A stretch of 62,112 bases of DNA, the filler included. It is 15 parts of 15 records of this genome, joined end to end, with 100 filler letters (N's around TTAATTAATTAA, not from the genome) between each part and the next. Parts side by side here need not be neighbours in the genome. Positions count along the whole stretch, not along the records: positions 54,657 to 58,011 come from SRR15195285_11498; positions 58,112 to 62,112 come from SRR15195285_11537; 13 more parts are not named here. One strand, written 5' to 3'. This document shows positions 57,622 to 62,112 of the stretch, piece by piece. The position numbers and the translations under genes are program-made. Each line of letters starts with the position of its first letter. Positions within the stretch are counted from its first letter, which is position 1. The notes beneath the pieces are model-generated. The model saw nothing but the letters and a program-made list of their open reading frames with translations, made no database searches and was not told the origin of the DNA.

Positions 57622-57950
57622 TGACATAGGGCATAAGGGACATAGGGCATAAGGCGGGCCTTATGCCCTATGTCACGCCAAGCAGATCCGGGCATACTAT
57701 GGCTAATGCTCGAGGGCATACTAGTCGTAGTGGTTAGGGCATACTATGTAAATAGATCAAATCAATAATGATGATTATGCAACCCTGCTAACAAATGCTT
57801 TGTTATATAGCGGTCCGGCTATATAAGGACCTTATGCCCGGTGTCACGCCTGCGTGATAAAGACAGAAATCCATCGCGCCGTAGGCGCGCTCTATCCCTA
57901 ATGAAGCCTAGTATACTACTAGTAGTATGTACCAGGTATACGCGGCTTCA
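57622..57950. repeat. Cluster of direct and inverted repeats (16-bp GACATAGGGCATAAGG x2 followed by its perfect reverse complement)
   Basis: Direct copies at 57623-57638 and 57639-57654, a 4-nt loop, then the inverted copy at 57659-57674. GGGCATACTA occurs three times (~57689-57747). A variant copy lies at ~57824-57850. Confidence 0.85.
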
Positions 57951-58314
57951 TTGGTGAAGTCGTCTCGCGCGACACTCCGGCGCGTTTAACACTGCAGTCC
58001 TTCTGACCACGNNNNNNNNNNNNNNNNNNNNNNNNNNNNNNNNNNNNNNNNNNNNTTAATTAATTAANNNNNNNNNNNNNNNNNNNNNNNNNNNNNNNNN
58101 NNNNNNNNNNNTGACCAAAAATCATGTTTGGACCCACACTACGTATGAAAATTCTTGAATTGTACAAGCGGTCGGGAGACAAAACACCTCCGGACACGAA
58201 TCGTGGAATGCGCGGTTCGTGATTTGAGTGATTTTGAATGTCGCGGGACGGACCCACGCAGCGAGCACGGAGCGAGGTCGCTCAAGCTCGCGGTAACGCT
58301 CGTGGAGCTGCTGG

Positions 58315-60683
58315 ATGCCGTCGGTGGCGGGCGGTGCAGCCGCGGAGAGTGACAGCGACCTCTCTGATAGTGACGACGCGGTCGCAGCGGAGGACGGGCG
58401 GGACGAGCGCGATCTGGAACCCAGCCTTCGGCGCGGTGCTGCTGCTGGGACCATCACGGCCTCAGTATGGGAACAGCCTGCCGCAGAAGCGGAGGCGCAG
58501 CTGCGGCAGAAGGAACGGCAGCTGGCGTTGCTGCAGCGGGAGGTGTCGCAGCTCAAGCAGCGGCTCCCACAGCTGCTTGCGGAGGAGCGGGCGCCGTCCT
58601 TTGACGCAGCGTCCGCGACGGGCCCCAACCCGCCAGTAGCAGCGGCCCTGGCGGCTTCTCTCCGCGCGGGGGATTTGCGATGCGTTCTTTGCCAGAAGGC
58701 TCTAGACAGCAAGCCGCAGCCCGTCAACATCATGCGAGTGCCCTCGCCTGCACCGACAGGTCCAACTCAGTGCCAGAAGTGCAGCGCAGTGTGCTGTGCT
58801 GTGTATTGTAGCTTCGCTCACCAGCGCGAGGACGACAAACGACACGCCACAGAGTGCCAGGCCGTCATGGGTGATAGCGAAACACGTGCATGCGTCGAGC
58901 GCGCGAAACGTGTGCGACCGCCACCGAGTGTGGAGCGCTACCACTGTGGTTTGAGCGACGATCACCCTTTCGAGGTGCGCCGCACGGTCGCATCGGCAGA
59001 GAGGGCAACAGCAACAGCACCCGGAGATGGCAGCTGTGGTGATCCACTGGCTAAGTACATCGATCGCATTGATCGCAGCGCAGTGCTGGGACCTGGTCTG
59101 GACAAGGTATGGGCAGTACTTCGCGGCCAAACGAAGCTACCGTCTGACTCGGCAGCAGTGGCTGCATCTGCGTCAAAAGCGCCTCCACTGGCCGTTGCGA
59201 AACCCTGGGTCAGCTTTGGCTCGTCCACCAGCATCGTGCTCAACTGGCTTCCGCCTGGACTTCGCTTTGATCCACGTGTAGCTCCACAATCCTACTTGAT
59301 CGAGCAGAGGGAAGCCTGCCTTGGCGGACAGCGAGACGGTGGCGTCGGTCCCTGGGAGGCCCTGAAGGAAGTACACGCAGGCTCTGTACCTGCGCACACT
59401 GTGCGCCATCTGACCTGTGGTACTTGGTATCAGTTCCGCATCTTGCCAAGCGGGTTCTCACAGGAAGATGAATGTGTCTGGTCCGACCCCTCCGATCCCT
59501 TTCGCGTTGGGTTCGCCGATTTTTCGGATGTAAGACGTCCCGTGCAGCAACAATGCCGTTGTGCCGTCTCGCTGCTTGCAGTATTGATGGCGGACATTGT
59601 CTCAATATCCCAAGACGCATGAATTATTGTAGTCTCTCACGCAATGCACTGGATGGATCGTGTGGCAGGTTGAACCTGGCGGAGAGGTTGACGCAGCCGG
59701 TGCAGACTGTTTCACAACGTCAGAAATTGCGTTCTACTTGAGGTTGATCACGCCTGCACTTGTGCAAGACTTCCTTGACACGCTGCCCATGAACCACGAG
59801 ACAGAGGACGATACGTGTCTGTCGGCACTGGAGGCCACGCGCCAGAATTGTGGGCATTGCATTGAGGGAGCAATGCTTGGCGCGTTCATACTCAGCCTGC
59901 ATGGTCACCCGCCGTACCTTTGCGACGTAAGTCTCTCGCTCAGCTAGGCCAGCAGAACTTTCTGAAGGGCATTTGTTGTTTTCAGCTGGGATCGCTTGGC
60001 CCGAGGTTGCTCAACTCCGCCTGCTCCGGTAAACCTTGCAGATGCGCGCTTGTTCGCGTGACGACGATCACAATGTCGCTGTATTTCAACAGCATGGCAG
60101 GTGGGGATGCCTCTCTGTGTCCAATCATGCAAGCCTTCGCTGGCGGAACCCAATCTATAAAACACTAAGGGAGCTCATGATGAGCTTTTTCGATGATGTA
60201 AGTACTGTGGTTCCTATGCTGCCAATTGCTACTCGGCACTACACAATGCTTAGTACAGGACGTTTCGTTGCAGTACATGAACAATGATGGCGAGCGCACA
60301 CTTCGGTCGTACTCTCGTCCAGTCAACTTAGCTGCTGTGTTCGGCCCGAAGTGGGCGACAATTCGCGGCGACGTATTTCACGTCGCTGAGTTCATGGTAA
60401 GTGTTGCTACGCGTCGTTGTGCACGTTGCTCGGGTGCCAAATTAGTATCTGTGGCCAAGAGATCTTTGTCCAGCGAACAACTGACACGACCGACGGTTAT
60501 GCGTGCTGACGGTGCTGGCACGAGCAGGACTGCGTACCACACTACAAGCTGTGCGAGCGTGCTCAGCTCGCCAACTTGCGACCCGCAGACCCGTTCATGA
60601 TGCAGACCACCGTGTCTGCTCGTGAATGGCCTCCACCGGAAAATTTCGATGAGGACCAGTGGGAAAGGAACGTGAACAAATGA
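58315..60683 (+). CDS. Coiled-coil + MYND-like Zn finger + fibronectin type III + vasohibin/transglutaminase-like cysteine peptidase domain (5 exons)
   Basis: CQKC...YCSFAHQREDDKRHATEC; SSTSIVLNWLPP...LTCGTWYQFRI; spliced C-terminus GHCIEGAMLGAFIL...DDDHNVAVFQQHGRWGCLSVSNHASLRWRNPIYKTLRELMMSFFDDY. First intron 59530-59668; stop 60681-60683. Confidence 0.8.
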
Positions 60684-61841
60684 AGAAACAGGGTCGCGCA
60701 AGTGAGCAGTGGTGCAGCTCATGCTTGATTCGTAATATTGCAGCTCTATATTAAGACACTATACGAGCACAAATCATCAGTCGAGCCCATACTCACGCTC
60801 GAGGCGCACTCAAGAGCGAGGGGTCGGAGCGTGGGGCCCAACGCGTGCAGAGCACGTTGGATCCTTAGAGCTCATAAACGAATAGAATAAAATGCAAAAG
60901 GAAAGTAGCCACATGCAATGGAGAGCAAAAGGAAAGTGGTCACATACAAATTGGCTATGTATTTACATACCTTTTTTTCCATTTGCTCCCAGGTACAGCA
61001 GCAGACGAATAGAGAGCACATTGCTGACCAGATTGATCACATGCGCGGTATATTGGGCGCGTAGATATGGTAAATGTTGACGTGGAAATTCAGCCTTTGC
61101 CTAGCTAGCAAGTCGAGGCCACTTCGCACCCCGCGAACTGACCTTCAGCATCGAGCTTATTTTCATCAGCCTTGACGTCAAAATGAGTGTCGGCCCGAGA
61201 ATGGCGGTATGGTGAACGGGACGTGTGTCCTGTGGGCGCGATGCGAATGTAGCCGCCGCGCGAAGGCGCGCAATGTAGCGTGCTGTGCATCCCGCGGTTT
61301 AGACAGCCAGCACCCCTTCTGACTGCTTAACAGATCAGACGTCCCCTGAATTCCGACAAGAGTAGAGTACAGATGCAGGCAAACACGGATCGATGGACAA
61401 GTCTGCAATACGAGAGTGGGAGTGAGTGCGAAAACTCGCGCAATGGAGCGTCGCAGTCACCGTGCGCACGGCCGGCACACCGGCCACGCCAGCCATCGCA
61501 CAGCCGCCAAGTGACCTCGTTCAACATGACTAGCGACCACGTCAAGTCGTACAGCTGTACAAGGAGCTTGCCGACTGGGTTCAGGGTGCTCACGCAGGCA
61601 AAGAGATGGTCACTCTCTTCTTGCGTGATCAGAATATGGTGGACCGAATTTGTGTGCGAGGCCGGAGATGCGGCGCGTATTGTCGCGCACCTGGACCGTT
61701 GCCCTAGTTGGCTCTCTAATACACCTAGTAGGCTCCACATCAGACAGTAGATGATCAGTGGAACTGGGGTTACGACAGCGGCATACCCGGTTTCCTATCT
61801 ATCAATGAAAGAATGATTATATAGTTCTGAAATTACAATAA

Positions 61842-62112
61842 TCAAGCGCGTTCTTTTGCAAGCGTCAATCCAACGTCTTCCGCCTGTGTAATCAGTTGAA
61901 TTAGAGAGGCTCTCTGACCTGCAGACTCCATGGCAAGCTCCATGGCATCCTCGGCAACGCCAGCAGCCGTGGCCCGCCTCTGTAGAGCCAACAGCTTCAT
62001 CTGCCAGAGCTCGGACGAATATTCAGTGGTTTCCACATCAGCTGTGCCGCGGCCGCTGACACCAACAACGCTGTGGTCAACTACATCAGCACGACCGCGA
62101 TCACCCAGCTCA
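61842..62112 (-). CDS. 3' fragment of a protein ending in a short helical (HeH/SAP-like) motif
   Basis: Frame is open from the window end: ELWQMKLLALQRRATAAGVAEDAMELAMESAGQRASLIQLI. Confidence 0.45.
   Translation of the reverse strand, partial: ELGDRGRADVVDHSVVGVSGRGTADVETTEYSSELWQMKLLALQRRATAAGVAEDAMELAMESAGQRASLIQLITQAEDVGLTLAKERA

Noticed and set aside
61105-61800. Minus-strand ORFs near the window end
   Set aside because: Possibly exons or a pseudogene, but no motif or reliable start could be identified.
1-62112. rRNA, tRNA, telomeric repeats, transposase/RT genes, alternative genetic code
   Set aside because: None recognised by eye. Genes end in TAA, TAG and TGA, and frame breaks are explained by GT-AG introns.

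Overview
This is not one locus. It is 15 short contigs (about 3-5 kb each) from a gene-dense, fairly GC-rich eukaryotic genome, joined by an artificial 100-nt linker (N44-TTAATTAATTAA-N44). The genes have short GT-AG introns, signal peptides and peroxisomal or mitochondrial targeting signals, which fits a heterotrophic marine protist; a Picozoa-like source is an unverified guess. About 28 complete or partial genes can be read, mostly as tail-to-tail pairs. All family calls come from motif recognition by eye; no database search was run. Top candidates: (1) a spliced gene, invisible in the ORF track, joining an RPA32-binding motif to a helical domain with the signature motifs of the phage thymine-hypermodification (aGPT-Pplase / amino acid:DNA transferase) superfamily; (2) an intron-containing, secreted GH82 iota-carrageenase-like enzyme, a family known essentially from marine bacteria; (3) a peroxisomal FMN 2-hydroxy-acid oxidase with a duplicated 140-aa HCHRC domain where flavocytochrome b2 has cytochrome b5; (4) a secreted tandem ComEC-type metallo-beta-lactamase with one intact and one degenerate domain; (5) a MYND-FN3-vasohibin-like peptidase fusion; (6) a PhyH dioxygenase with a halogenase-type HxG motif. 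No rRNA, tRNA, CRISPR array or transposase was seen.
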